A stretch of 64,000 nt of DNA, taken from contig JAZSAT010000015.1 of assembly GCA_045602025.1 (NCBI GenBank), forward strand, positions 109-64,108, read 5' to 3'. This document shows, in pieces, positions 32,933 to 42,802 of this stretch (positions are counted from its first letter, which is position 1; the number at the start of each line of letters is the position of its first letter). Origin of the DNA: Eubacteriales bacterium. GTDB taxonomy: Bacteria > Bacillota > Clostridia > Oscillospirales > SIG627. The notes beneath the pieces were generated by a model. That model was given only the letters and a program-made list of their open reading frames with translations, was not told where the DNA came from and did no database searches. Made by a program: the position numbers and the translations under genes.

Positions 32933-33502
32933 TTATTTTAACTTGTTGTATTCCTCTAAGATCTTTTTGAAGTCTAAAAGACTTTCCTTTTTCTTCTCAG
33001 GATCTCTTAAAAGCGCAGAAGGATGATAGGTGGCGATCACCCTCATACCGCCTCGGTCAAACCATTTTCCTCGTTCTTTTGTAATTCTAAAATCAGGGTC
33101 AATGATCCTCTTTGCAGCAACTCTTCCGAGACAAACCAGGATTTTCGGTGAAAGAAGCGCGACCTGCTCTCTCAGGTAAGAAATGCATACCTCTTCCTCT
33201 TCCGGCAAAGGATCGCGGTTTCTCGGCGGTCTGCATTTTAAGATATTGGTAATGTAATAATCTTTTTTTTCAAGACCGGCGTATTCAAGATAAAGGTCCA
33301 GAAGGTTTCCTGCAGGGCCGACAAAGGGGAATCCCTTCAGATCCTCCTGTTCTCCCGGTGCTTCTCCTACAAAAAGAATTACAGGATCGGTGCCGCCTTT
33401 TCCAAAAACGGTGTTGGTTCTTGTTTTGGAAAGGGGACAGCGCGTGCAGGAAGAAACTTTATTGCAAAGGTCGGACAGAATCTGTTCTTTTTTGTTCTCC
33501 AT
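32933..33502 (-). CDS. Uracil-DNA glycosylase, family 4
   Basis: CTRCPL...ILFVGEAPGEQEDLKGFPFVGPAGNLL...NILKCRPP...HPSALLR are family-4 UDG motifs, including the Fe-S Cys residues. The start is taken at MENKKE; the ORF track extends to 33592. Confidence 0.85.
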   Translation of the reverse strand: MENKKEQILSDLCNKVSSCTRCPLSKTRTNTVFGKGGTDPVILFVGEAPGEQEDLKGFPFVGPAGNLLDLYLEYAGLEKKDYYITNILKCRPPRNRDPLPEEEEVCISYLREQVALLSPKILVCLGRVAAKRIIDPDFRITKERGKWFDRGGMRVIATYHPSALLRDPEKKKESLLDFKKILEEYNKLK

Positions 33503-33998
33503 TATTCTCTTTCCTTTTATTCCAAAAAACTTTTCGGCATCGTGTTTTAAAATACATCTCGGACGGTAACGGGATCTTCTCGCCGAATTCATAAAAAATA
33601 TTTGGCACGCAGTGAGAAGGGGCGAGAGTGTAAAAATGCTCGTTTTTTGGGTTTTGATAAATTAAAAATTCGGAAACGGATTCCGAAAGACTTTCCATCG
33701 CACTGAAAAAAGAGTCAAAAGAGGGGAAAAGGAAACAATCCACAGGATCTTCTTTTTCAAGCTTTGTGACAAAAAGGTCGCATCCGCCTTTTTCAATCGG
33801 GTAAAGCTGTATGTAGATCTTTTCTCCACGGGTATCGAAGCCCGTTTCTTTTTTTGCAATTTCAAACAGCTCCCGAAAGATGCGCCTTCCTTTTTTGCTG
33901 TCATAGTCAAATTCTTCCGGGGTGATTTCCAATTCCTCAAGATCCTCTTTTGTCAGATGTATCCGGATCTCACTGTTGCCTTCGCGGTATAATTCCAA
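33459..33998 (-). CDS. mecA: Adaptor protein MecA family
   Basis: MELYREGNSEIRIHLTKEDLEELEITPEEFDY...IYIQLYPIEKGGCDLFVTKLE parallels the B. subtilis MecA N-terminal domain. Its 3' end overlaps the UDG start by 44 nt. Confidence 0.65.
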   Translation of the reverse strand: MELYREGNSEIRIHLTKEDLEELEITPEEFDYDSKKGRRIFRELFEIAKKETGFDTRGEKIYIQLYPIEKGGCDLFVTKLEKEDPVDCFLFPSFDSFFSAMESLSESVSEFLIYQNPKNEHFYTLAPSHCVPNIFYEFGEKIPLPSEMYFKTRCRKVFWNKRKENNGEQKRTDSVRPLQ

Positions 33999-34158
33999 AT
34001 GATCGCCTCACTTCATTCTACTATTTCAGTATAAGCAAAAAAGAGATTTTGGCAACCGAAAGATTATGGCAAAAGTGGTTTTACTTGTTAAATCTTACTC
34101 TTTTTTTGTTCCAAATTCAATATTTTATCAAAAAGTTCTATGTTTTTTCTCCATTTAA

Positions 34159-34187
34159 TTGACAAAAGAGAAAAGGTATTTTACAAT
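34159..34187 (+). promoter_or_regulatory. Promoter of the ABC/DUF1854 operon
   Basis: TTGACA (34159-34164), 17-nt spacer, TACAAT (34182-34187). Confidence 0.6.
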
Positions 34188-34215
34188 ATTTACGGATAAA
34201 ATTGAGGTTAAGATT

Positions 34216-36513
34216 ATGGTAAAAAATCTACCCGCGGAAATTCAGTCCGTTTTTCAAAAAAAAGGAATCATAATTGACGAAGCACAACTTGTTCTCAAGA
34301 CCGATATGGGCAGGGAAGTGTTCTTTTGTGACGCTTATACAGTGGCCACAAAGGAAGGCATCGCTACGCTCTTTTCTTTGAAGTCTTTGGAGAGAAAGGA
34401 GGGTGCTTCTTTCTTTTCACCGAAAAAGAGTAAAGAAGTAGTGAAAGGATTTGATTACTTCTTTTTACCGTTTGAGGATGTGAAAAAATTAAAATGTGAG
34501 GAACAGATCTCTACCCTCCGTTTAATTGCCGAAAAAGAAAACGGCGAGGAGGAATGTCTTTTCTACGCTACTGCCGCATGCAGAAAACGGCTTTTTGACT
34601 TTTGTGAGAGGGTTCAGCATTTTATAGAAAAAGGATCTTTTCCGGAGAGGGAGGGAAGCGTACGGGAGGATATTTGCCCCATTTGCCAAAACCCCTATCA
34701 GGATCGGGAAAGGAAAATTTGCAAGCATTGCTTTGGAAAGCAAACGCTTGTCAAAAAGCTGATCCCCTTTCTCCTTCGGTATAAAAAATATATTTTTCTT
34801 GTTGTTCTTACCCTTTTGCTTACAAGCTTTGTTGGGATTTTTACGCCGTATCTGAATAACAAGGCTCTTTACGATGAAGTGCTCAGACCGGATTCTCCTT
34901 TTTACGGAAAGGTTCTCGGCCTTGTGATCTCTATCGCTTTGGTGGGGCTTCTTCAGGCTGTGATCAATATGCTCAGTACGATTGTGGGAGCAAAGGTTTC
35001 GGCTTTTGTTTCATACGATCTGAAAAAAACAATTTTTTCTTCTTTTGAGCGGTTGTCTTTTTCCTTCTTTACCTCCCGCCATACGGGAAGACTGATCACC
35101 CAGATCAATTCCGATGCAGAAACCCTGTACTGGTTTTTCTGCGAGGGTGTTCCTTACTTTTTCGTCAATGTTTTTCAGATCATCGGTATCGTGATCGTGA
35201 TGCTTACCATTCATGTTCCTTTGACCTTGATCATTCTGATTCCCGTCCCGCTGATGTTTTTGGGCTACTTTTTTGCACTCAAAATGTTTCGCCGCCTATA
35301 TGCGGAAAATCATACCAACCGTTCCCGCTTCAATTCCGTTCTTTCCGATGTTCTCGGCGGTATGAGAATTGTCAAAGCCTTTTCCAGAGAGGAAACGGAG
35401 ATCGGTCGTTTTGATGAAAAAAGCAGAGCACTTGGCGCTACAAAACTCGAGATCGACATTAAAAACCACACTATTTTCCCCCTTTTGAATTTGGGTGTCC
35501 GTCTTGGTACTTATCTGGTATGGGGGATTGGCGGCTGGTTTGTTTTGAAGGAAAGTGCTGTTCCCGGCAGCGGCATCTCCTTCGGTGTTCTCAGCCTTTT
35601 TGTTTCTTATCTGACCATGATCTATACACCTCTGAACTTTTTCGCAGGGTTTATCAGTCAGATTGCAAACGGAATGAATGCACTGAAAAGACTGTTTCAG
35701 ATTATGGATACCCCACCGGAAGTGAAGGAAAAAGAAGGTGCTGTCTCTCTCGAGAAGATTTCGGGTGAAGTGGTTTTTGATCGCGTGAATTTTTCATATG
35801 TTCCCGGTAAGAAGGCCATTTGCGATATGTCTTTTCGCGTTCCCGCAGGGAAAACTCTCGGCATTGTCGGTCATACCGGCGCTGGAAAAAGTACCATTGC
35901 CAATCTGATCACCCGTCTGTACGATCCGGATTCCGGATCAATTCGGATCGACGGTCACGATCTTCGCGATGTTACGCTGAAAACGCTCCGTGAAAATGTA
36001 GCCATCGTTTCTCAGGAAACCTATCTTTTCCGCGGCACGATTTTAGACAATATTCGCTATGCATCTCCGGAAGCAACTTATGAAGAAGTGCTTGCTGCTT
36101 CCAAAGCTTCCGGGTGTCACGATTTCATTATGGCACTTCCCGACGGATACAATACCATGGTGGGAATGGATAAAAGACTACTCTCGGGCGGTGAAAAGCA
36201 AAGGGTCTCCATCGCCCGCGCGATTTTGAAGGACCCTGCAATTTTGATCTTGGACGAAGCAACTGCTGCGATGGATACCAAAACCGAAAGAAAGATCCAG
36301 GAAGCACTGCAGGTCATTTCCCGGGACCGCACAACCATCACCATTGCCCACCGTCTTTCCACTCTTCGTGATGCAGATCGTCTGATCGTGGTGGAAAACG
36401 GTGCACTTGTGGGAGAGGGAACACATCGAGAGCTTTTAGAAAACTGTGAGGTTTATCACAAACTTTATCATCTTCAGATGGAAGCAATGAAAACCATCGG
36501 AATTGAAGAATAG
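34216..36513 (+). CDS. ABC exporter half-transporter (TMD-NBD) with a ~190-aa N-terminal cytoplasmic extension ending in a zinc ribbon
   Basis: CPICQNPYQDRERKICKHC precedes six TM helices. Walker A GHTGAGKST, signature LSGGEKQR, Walker B ILILDEA. The start at the ATG 34216 is preceded by GAGGT. Confidence 0.85.
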   Translation: MVKNLPAEIQSVFQKKGIIIDEAQLVLKTDMGREVFFCDAYTVATKEGIATLFSLKSLERKEGASFFSPKKSKEVVKGFDYFFLPFEDVKKLKCEEQISTLRLIAEKENGEEECLFYATAACRKRLFDFCERVQHFIEKGSFPEREGSVREDICPICQNPYQDRERKICKHCFGKQTLVKKLIPFLLRYKKYIFLVVLTLLLTSFVGIFTPYLNNKALYDEVLRPDSPFYGKVLGLVISIALVGLLQAVINMLSTIVGAKVSAFVSYDLKKTIFSSFERLSFSFFTSRHTGRLITQINSDAETLYWFFCEGVPYFFVNVFQIIGIVIVMLTIHVPLTLIILIPVPLMFLGYFFALKMFRRLYAENHTNRSRFNSVLSDVLGGMRIVKAFSREETEIGRFDEKSRALGATKLEIDIKNHTIFPLLNLGVRLGTYLVWGIGGWFVLKESAVPGSGISFGVLSLFVSYLTMIYTPLNFFAGFISQIANGMNALKRLFQIMDTPPEVKEKEGAVSLEKISGEVVFDRVNFSYVPGKKAICDMSFRVPAGKTLGIVGHTGAGKSTIANLITRLYDPDSGSIRIDGHDLRDVTLKTLRENVAIVSQETYLFRGTILDNIRYASPEATYEEVLAASKASGCHDFIMALPDGYNTMVGMDKRLLSGGEKQRVSIARAILKDPAILILDEATAAMDTKTERKIQEALQVISRDRTTITIAHRLSTLRDADRLIVVENGALVGEGTHRELLENCEVYHKLYHLQMEAMKTIGIEE

Positions 36514-36525
36514 GAGGAAAGAAAT

Positions 36526-37038
36526 TTGATTCAAGGTCTTGAAACCATAACCGATTCTTATCTTTTAAATTGTGAAAATGCAGAGTTTTTTCTTTCTTCC
36601 AAAGGACTTTTGATGGTTCATGTGAAGGAAAAGGATTTCGAGGGCAGAGCTTTTGTCAGTCTTGCCTTCCCGTTTGAAACGGAAGAGGAATACATCTGTA
36701 TACAAAACGAAGAAAAGGAAGAAGTCGGTATGATCCGTTCTCTTTCCGATCTGAAGAAAGAAGAAATCGCTCTTCTGAAAGACGAAATAAAAAAGAAGTA
36801 TTTTGCCCCGAAAATTTTGAAGATCAAAAAGCTCACCGAGCGTTACGGCTCTTCCTATTGGGACTGCGATACCGACTACGGCTTCCGAAAATTCACCGTA
36901 AAGGATGCACACAGAAACATTTTGCGTCTCGGAGAGGACAGAGCATTCGTTGTGGATGTGGATGGCTGCCGATATGAAATCGAAAGCCTTGAAAAATTGG
37001 ATAAAAAAAGCCATTCCAAAATTGAGATCTATTTGTAA
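36526..37038 (+). CDS. DUF1854 domain protein
   Basis: 170 aa with a TTG start 8 nt after AGGAGG. It is sandwiched between two ABC half-transporter genes, the characteristic context of DUF1854. The family assignment is from memory. Confidence 0.55.
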   Translation: MIQGLETITDSYLLNCENAEFFLSSKGLLMVHVKEKDFEGRAFVSLAFPFETEEEYICIQNEEKEEVGMIRSLSDLKKEEIALLKDEIKKKYFAPKILKIKKLTERYGSSYWDCDTDYGFRKFTVKDAHRNILRLGEDRAFVVDVDGCRYEIESLEKLDKKSHSKIEIYL

Positions 37039-37052
37039 TTAAGGAGCTTGGG

Positions 37053-39275
37053 TTGGAACAGAAATTAACGGAAAAGCGGGAACTGGAGGATCTTTCTTCT
37101 GATTTTGAAATCCGCACCGGTGATCAGATGATCTTCTCCTTTCTCACCAATCTGGATGAGAAGGGGAGCAGGGAAGAAAGAAGAGCCTTCTTCGGAAAAA
37201 AAGGAATCCATACTGTTTCCTGCGACTCGGAAGAGGTCAGGTCCTTTCCATTTCTAAAAATTGAAGATGCACGCTTTGAAAGCTTTGTGGGTGGTACTGC
37301 CTGTTTGATCCTTTTTGAAGGAGAATGGGTGGAGTTTTGTCGTGCCTTCGGTGCGGAAAAAGCAAACCTTTCCCAATTTGTCCGCATTTTAAAAGAAGTG
37401 ATCGACGGTGTTCTTTTACCTGAAAATGCAGTGTTTGTTCCACGCATTTCCATTTGCCCCAAGTGCCGTCGACCTTTGGCAAAAGGAAGTCGGATTTGCC
37501 CTTCCTGTACGGAAAAAAAAGGAATGTTCGGAAGACTTTTATCTTTGATGAAAGGAAATTATCTCTGGATTCTTCTTTCCATTTTCCTATTCTTCTTCCA
37601 TTCCGTTCTTAACATGCTTCTTCCCATTTTACAGGGAAGGTTTGTAGATCGTTTTTTGAATAGTGGTGACTCTTCTCAGGTTCTTGCCAATTATCTGCCC
37701 GCCGTTTTAGTGGTTTGTTCCATGGCACTTGTGAGGATATTTGCAGTTCTTTCCACCGTATTCAGAAACAATATTTTATCCAAGGTCAGCGTAAAAACCG
37801 TTCTTGAGATCAGAAGTCGCCTTTACGAAAAGATCCAGTCTCTTTCCGTTGCAGGTATTTCTCGCCACACTGCCGGTGATCTGATGAACCGTGTTTCCGG
37901 TGATACCAATATCATTTCTCAGTTTTTGACCAATTTTCTTCCCGGAATTTTAGAGCAGGCTTTCGTGGTCATTTTTGTATCCGTTGTGCTTTTTTCCTAT
38001 TCTCCGAAGATGGCACTTATGATTCTCTTTCCCACGCCTTTTGTTGCGATCCTTTTCCGTTTTCGATGGAAAAGAACACACCGCTTGTATCGTCGTCAGT
38101 GGATTGAAAATTCCAAGGCGAACACACTGCTTCACGATGTGTTCAACGGAGTTCGTGTGGTAAAGGTCTTCGGCACCGAGAAAAACGAAATTGAAAAGTA
38201 CGACCGTGCCGTAGCCACCCTTCGTGATATTTCCGTGCGCAATGAAACCGCTTGGGCGAAGCTTGTTCCGTATACGGAATATCTGCTTCAACTGGGTAAC
38301 TTTATTCTCCTTTACTATGCAGGAAACGAGATCTTAAATGCCAATATGACTATCGGTCAATTGACTATGCTTTCTTCTTTTGTAACCCTTCTTTACGCAC
38401 CTCTTCGAACCATGGCAAACTACCCCCGCCGTATTCAACAAGCAATGACTGCGGTTGCCAAGGTTTTTGAGGTGATGGACGAAGAGCCCGATGTGGCGGA
38501 CAAGGAAAATGCCACTGACATCAAGATGAAGGGCGAAGTAAAGATCGATAAGATCTGGTTTGGTTATGATGAGAACGAAAATGTTCTGGAAAATGTTTCC
38601 GTAACCGTTTCTCCCGGTGAGATGCTGGGCATTGTTGGAAAAAGCGGTGTCGGTAAAAGTACATTGATCAACCTTGTGATGCGTCTTTATGATGTGGATC
38701 GCGGCAATATTTTCATCGACGGTATTGATGTGCGGGATATTTCTCAGCATTCTCTTCGCTCTCAGATTGGTGTAGTTTTGCAGGAGGCATTTCTGTTTTC
38801 AGGAACCGTCTTTGAAAATCTTGCCTATGCAAAGCCGGATGCCACCTATGAAGAGGTAATTCGCGCAGCTCGTCTTGCAGGAGCTCACGAGTTTATTATG
38901 AAATTACCTGATGGGTACGATACTACCGTTGGTGAAAAAGGGTATACGCTTTCAGGCGGCGAAAGACAAAGAATCACCATTGCCCGTGCGATTCTTCACG
39001 ACCCGAAGATCCTGATCCTTGATGAAGCGACCAGTGCCCTGGATACGGAAACGGAAAAAAAGATCCAGGATGCTCTTGCATATCTTTGCAAGGACCGTAC
39101 TACCATTGCCATTGCGCACAGGCTTTCTACCCTCCGCAATGCGACAAAGATTCTGGTTTTGGATAATAAGACTGTTGCAGAGATTGGCACCCACGAGGAA
39201 TTGATGAAAAACGAAAACGGAATTTATCATTCTCTTGTTATTGCGCAAAGAGAAATGTCGAAAGTTGAAAAATAA
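37053..39275 (+). CDS. ABC exporter half-transporter (TMD-NBD) with an N-terminal extension and zinc ribbon
   Basis: CPKCRRPLAKGSRICPSC precedes the TMD. Walker A GKSGVGKST, signature LSGGERQR, Walker B ILILDEA. The TTG start lies 6 nt after AAGGAG. Confidence 0.85.
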   Translation: MEQKLTEKRELEDLSSDFEIRTGDQMIFSFLTNLDEKGSREERRAFFGKKGIHTVSCDSEEVRSFPFLKIEDARFESFVGGTACLILFEGEWVEFCRAFGAEKANLSQFVRILKEVIDGVLLPENAVFVPRISICPKCRRPLAKGSRICPSCTEKKGMFGRLLSLMKGNYLWILLSIFLFFFHSVLNMLLPILQGRFVDRFLNSGDSSQVLANYLPAVLVVCSMALVRIFAVLSTVFRNNILSKVSVKTVLEIRSRLYEKIQSLSVAGISRHTAGDLMNRVSGDTNIISQFLTNFLPGILEQAFVVIFVSVVLFSYSPKMALMILFPTPFVAILFRFRWKRTHRLYRRQWIENSKANTLLHDVFNGVRVVKVFGTEKNEIEKYDRAVATLRDISVRNETAWAKLVPYTEYLLQLGNFILLYYAGNEILNANMTIGQLTMLSSFVTLLYAPLRTMANYPRRIQQAMTAVAKVFEVMDEEPDVADKENATDIKMKGEVKIDKIWFGYDENENVLENVSVTVSPGEMLGIVGKSGVGKSTLINLVMRLYDVDRGNIFIDGIDVRDISQHSLRSQIGVVLQEAFLFSGTVFENLAYAKPDATYEEVIRAARLAGAHEFIMKLPDGYDTTVGEKGYTLSGGERQRITIARAILHDPKILILDEATSALDTETEKKIQDALAYLCKDRTTIAIAHRLSTLRNATKILVLDNKTVAEIGTHEELMKNENGIYHSLVIAQREMSKVEK

Positions 39276-39296
39276 AAAAACAAATTGATCAAATGT

Positions 39297-39324
39297 TTGA
39301 CATTTTACTTGAAATATGTATAAT
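39297..39324 (+). promoter_or_regulatory. glyQS promoter
   Basis: TTGACA (39297-39302), 16-nt spacer, TATAAT (39319-39324). The leader is only about 45 nt. Confidence 0.55.
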
Positions 39325-39375
39325 GATTAGAAGTTTCACCCGGTCACCAATCGGGGAAGAAAGAGAGGAATAAAA

Positions 39376-40767
39376 ATGAAAAACACAGAAAAAACAATGG
39401 ACAAGATCGTTGCGCTTTGCAAAGGCAGAGGATTTGTATATCCCGGCAGTGAAATCTACGGCGGTCTTGCAAACTCCTGGGATTACGGTCCTTTGGGTGT
39501 TGAACTGAAAAACAATGTAAAACGCGCTTGGTGGAAAAAATTCGTTCAGGAATCCCCTTATAATGTAGGCCTTGACAGCGCGATTTTGATGAATCCTCAG
39601 ACTTGGGTTGCTTCCGGTCATGTCGGCGGATTTTCCGATCCCTTGATGGATTGCAAGGTGTGCAAGACCCGTCACAGAGCAGACAAATTGGTTGAGGATT
39701 ATATTGCAGAAAATAAGCTCGATATCAATCCCAACGGCTGGGACAACAATAAGCTTTCCGAGTTTATCAAGGAAAATCACATTACCTGTCCTGCTTGCGG
39801 ATCCGGTGATTTTACCGACATCCGCAAATTCAACCTGATGTTCAAAACCTTCCAGGGCGTTACCGAGGACTCTTCTTCCGAGCTTTATCTCCGTCCCGAA
39901 ACTGCCCAGGGTATTTTTGTAAACTTCAAGCACATTCAGCGTACTACCAGAAAGAAAGTTCCCTTCGGCGTCGGTCAGATCGGTAAATCCTTCCGTAATG
40001 AGATCACTCCCGGTAACTTTATTTTCCGTATCCGTGAATTTGAGCAGATGGAGCTTGAATTCTTCTGTAAGCCCGGAACCGACCTTGAGTGGTTTGAATA
40101 TTGGAGAAGCTACTGCGCAAAATTCCTTTACGACCTCGGTATCGCAGAAGAAAACCTCAGACTTCGCGATCATGATAAGGATGAGCTTAGCTTCTACTCT
40201 AAGGCAACCACCGACTTCGAGTTTATGTTCCCCTTTGGTTGGGGCGAGCTTTGGGGTATTGCCGACAGAACGGATTATGACCTGACTCAGCATGCCAACC
40301 ACTCCGGTGAACCCATGGAGTACTTCGATGCGGAAACAGGCGAAAAGTATGTTCCCTATGTTATCGAGCCTTCTCTCGGTGCTGACCGCATTACCTTGGC
40401 CTTCCTTTGCGAGGCTTATGACGAGGAAACGGTAGGGGAGAACGATACCCGTGTTGTTATGCACTTCCATCCCGCTCTTGCTCCCGTTAAGGCTGCGATT
40501 CTTCCTCTTTCCAAAAAGCTGTCCGACAAGGCTCGTGAGCTTTATGCAGAACTTGCATCCGAATTCAATGTTGAGTTTGATGAAGCAGGTTCTATCGGTA
40601 AGAGATACCGTCGCCAGGATGAAATCGGAACACCCTTCTGTATCACCTACGATTTTGATACCGAAAACGACGGTTGTGTAACCGTTCGCGACCGTGATTC
40701 CATGGAACAGGTTCGTATTCCTCTGGCAGAAGTAAAGGCATATATTGCCGAGAGAATTAAATTCTGA
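39376..40767 (+). CDS. glyQS: Glycine--tRNA ligase (alpha2 homodimeric type)
   Basis: 463 aa. [39 protein letters not shown] and class II motifs ([18 protein letters not shown]). Confidence 0.92.
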   Translation: MKNTEKTMDKIVALCKGRGFVYPGSEIYGGLANSWDYGPLGVELKNNVKRAWWKKFVQESPYNVGLDSAILMNPQTWVASGHVGGFSDPLMDCKVCKTRHRADKLVEDYIAENKLDINPNGWDNNKLSEFIKENHITCPACGSGDFTDIRKFNLMFKTFQGVTEDSSSELYLRPETAQGIFVNFKHIQRTTRKKVPFGVGQIGKSFRNEITPGNFIFRIREFEQMELEFFCKPGTDLEWFEYWRSYCAKFLYDLGIAEENLRLRDHDKDELSFYSKATTDFEFMFPFGWGELWGIADRTDYDLTQHANHSGEPMEYFDAETGEKYVPYVIEPSLGADRITLAFLCEAYDEETVGENDTRVVMHFHPALAPVKAAILPLSKKLSDKARELYAELASEFNVEFDEAGSIGKRYRRQDEIGTPFCITYDFDTENDGCVTVRDRDSMEQVRIPLAEVKAYIAERIKF

Positions 40768-40783
40768 TAGAAAAAGATCAATA

Positions 40784-40812
40784 AAAAAGGTGCGGATTTC
40801 CGCACCTTTTTT
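40784..40812 (+). terminator. glyQS terminator
   Basis: AAAAAAGGTGCGGA-tttc-CGCACCTTTTTT. Confidence 0.8.
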
Positions 40813-41069
40813 ATACATGTATACATGAATTTTTATATGTAAAGTATAAAGATCGAAAGAGCGCAAACGACAGATTTTGCATAAAAAGATGTTTTAATAT
40901 AAATGTTTCCAAAAAAGATTTCGATTTTAGGTTGCATTCTTTGAGATGTTATGTTAGAATGTTTTTAACAGTGTTGTATTTGGGGTGATATACGCTCAAT
41001 TTTCTCACTGTGCGAAAAACGTATTTTACCGGACTTCTAAAAATGCAAGAGCGGAGGAAATTCGTGGAT

Positions 41070-42788
41070 ATGAAAAAATCGGATACCCGGTCAAAAGGGA
41101 TGCCTGAAAAGAATAAAAAGGATGAAATGATTGCCCGTGATTCAATTCGTTGGATGATGGTCTTTTATGATATAGTGATCGGCTTGGTTTGCTGGATCGC
41201 GATCTTTCTGTTTCACCCTTCCATTAATGAACCCTTGCCTTTCGCCGTGAGCTTTTTATATTGCGTTCTTGGGCTTGGCTTGTTTTTTGCTTTTCGTGTT
41301 TTCCTGAAAAGTTATAAGAGAATTTTGCGTTACGGCACAATGTTTGCTTTTTCCAGAGAGATTTTGGCAGGCCTTTTGGCAGGCTCTTGCTTCGTTGTGA
41401 TCGGATGGAGTATTTCAAAGCTTTTTCCCGCAATTGCGGTACCCTTTGTCACATTTGTTTTGTTCGCTGCTGTTTATATTGTGATCAGTATGCTTGCCCG
41501 TTTTGCATATTGTTATTTGTATCGCTTTGCGGAAAAGGATTTTCTTCTTTCCAAGGTGGTAAAGAGAATGCTCGAGATCTTTGCCTTTGTAGATTTTGAT
41601 TCTCTTGTGCCAGGTGCTACGCTTCATCTTGTTCTTGAGCCTGAAAAAGACAGTTCCGGTCCTATTAATGAGCTTCAGAACATTGTGGATCAGTTTGCCA
41701 TCCGCGGCGATGTAAAAAAGATCTCTCAGCTGAACAAGGGCTATATCAATCGCACTTACCGCGTGGAAACCCTGTCCGATTCCGGCCATACCCACAAGTA
41801 TACTCTTCAGCGTATCAATACCAATGTTTTTCCGGATGTAGATGCTCTTATGGAAAACTTTAAGTTGACCACGAACCATCTTTACGGAAAATTTCAGTTA
41901 CCCGGCCACCGGAAGACAGGCTCTGTTCAGACCTTCCGACCCACGAAGGATGGGCGTTCTTATCTGAAAATTGATAGCGGCTGTTGGAGAATGCTCACTT
42001 ATTTTGAAAATGTATATTCTATGGATATTCCTGATAGCCCCGATACATTTTATCAGGCCGGCCATGCCTTCGGTAGCTTTTTTAAGGAAATGTCCGATAT
42101 TGATGTAGATGAGATCAAAGTCGTGATCCCCGATTTTCACAATACCTACAGTAGGTATCAGGATCTTGAAGAAGCCATTCGCACAGATGCTAAGGGCAGA
42201 GTGAAGAATGTGCAGCGAGAGATTGAATTTGTTCGCTCAAGATCCCATAAATTCAGCTTGATCAGCGATGCAATCGAACAAAAAAAGATTCCTGTTCGAA
42301 TTTGCCATAACGACTGTAATTTGAACAATATCCTCTTTGATAATGAAACCCATATGCCCGTTGCGATCATTGACTTGGATACGGTAATGCCTTCTTCGCC
42401 GCTATATGATTTTGGCGACAGTATGCGTATCGGTACCAACACGGCTAAGGATGATGAGAAGGATCTTTCCAAGGTTTCTTGCAATCTTCATCTATATGAA
42501 AGATATGCCCGTGGCTATTTGGAAGCTTGCGGTGAGATCTTGACGGAAGAAGAACTTGCTCTTCTGCCTTATGCCGCCCCGATCATCACTGCTGAAGATG
42601 GAATCCGCTTCTTAATGGACCACATCAACGGTGACACTTATTACAACATTTATTATCCCGGACAGAATCTTGACCGTGCCCGTACGCAGCTGAAGCTCCT
42701 GGAGGATATGGAAAAGAAAATGCCCGAGATCAAAAATATCTTGCGCGAGATTTATTCCGATCTTGGACTTCGCGCAAAAATTCAATAA
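41070..42788 (+). CDS. Membrane-anchored sugar anomeric kinase-like protein (4-TM N-terminal domain fused to an APH-fold, N-acetylhexosamine-1-kinase-like domain)
   Basis: The C-terminal ~360 aa carry KGYINRTYRV...YTLQRINTNVF, the Brenner motif ICHNDCNLNNILFD, and IDLDTV. The N-terminal ~170 aa have 4 hydrophobic helices. The start is uncertain: GTG 41064 or ATG 41070 follow GGAGGA, and the ORF is open from 41010. Confidence 0.55.
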   Translation: MKKSDTRSKGMPEKNKKDEMIARDSIRWMMVFYDIVIGLVCWIAIFLFHPSINEPLPFAVSFLYCVLGLGLFFAFRVFLKSYKRILRYGTMFAFSREILAGLLAGSCFVVIGWSISKLFPAIAVPFVTFVLFAAVYIVISMLARFAYCYLYRFAEKDFLLSKVVKRMLEIFAFVDFDSLVPGATLHLVLEPEKDSSGPINELQNIVDQFAIRGDVKKISQLNKGYINRTYRVETLSDSGHTHKYTLQRINTNVFPDVDALMENFKLTTNHLYGKFQLPGHRKTGSVQTFRPTKDGRSYLKIDSGCWRMLTYFENVYSMDIPDSPDTFYQAGHAFGSFFKEMSDIDVDEIKVVIPDFHNTYSRYQDLEEAIRTDAKGRVKNVQREIEFVRSRSHKFSLISDAIEQKKIPVRICHNDCNLNNILFDNETHMPVAIIDLDTVMPSSPLYDFGDSMRIGTNTAKDDEKDLSKVSCNLHLYERYARGYLEACGEILTEEELALLPYAAPIITAEDGIRFLMDHINGDTYYNIYYPGQNLDRARTQLKLLEDMEKKMPEIKNILREIYSDLGLRAKIQ

Positions 42789-42802
42789 AATAAGAGGCTA
42801 TT

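Noticed and set aside
39276-39375. T-box riboswitch expected upstream of a Firmicute glycyl-tRNA synthetase gene.
   Set aside because: The whole intergenic region is 100 nt and contains a promoter, leaving a leader of about 45 nt. That is far too short for a T-box, and no T-box consensus (AANNNGGGTGGTACCGCG-like) is present.
40812-40823. Perfect 12-nt palindrome TATACATGTATA right after the glyQS terminator.
   Set aside because: It is a short AT-rich palindrome in AT-rich spacer DNA, which is expected by chance. There is no second copy and no adjacent regulator gene.
39289-40866. 525-aa ORF antisense to glyQS. Similar long antisense ORFs occur at 21561-23378 (opposite fucI), 55412-56770 (opposite rpsB/tsf), 1664-2722, 16370-17272, 25965-26954, 46430-47662, 8516-9364, 10052-10846 and 13174-14049.
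   Set aside because: Each lies entirely opposite a gene with unmistakable conserved motifs. Their translations are low-complexity or Cys/Arg/Gly-rich with no motifs and no RBS. This is the typical shadow-ORF pattern produced by codon bias on the sense strand.
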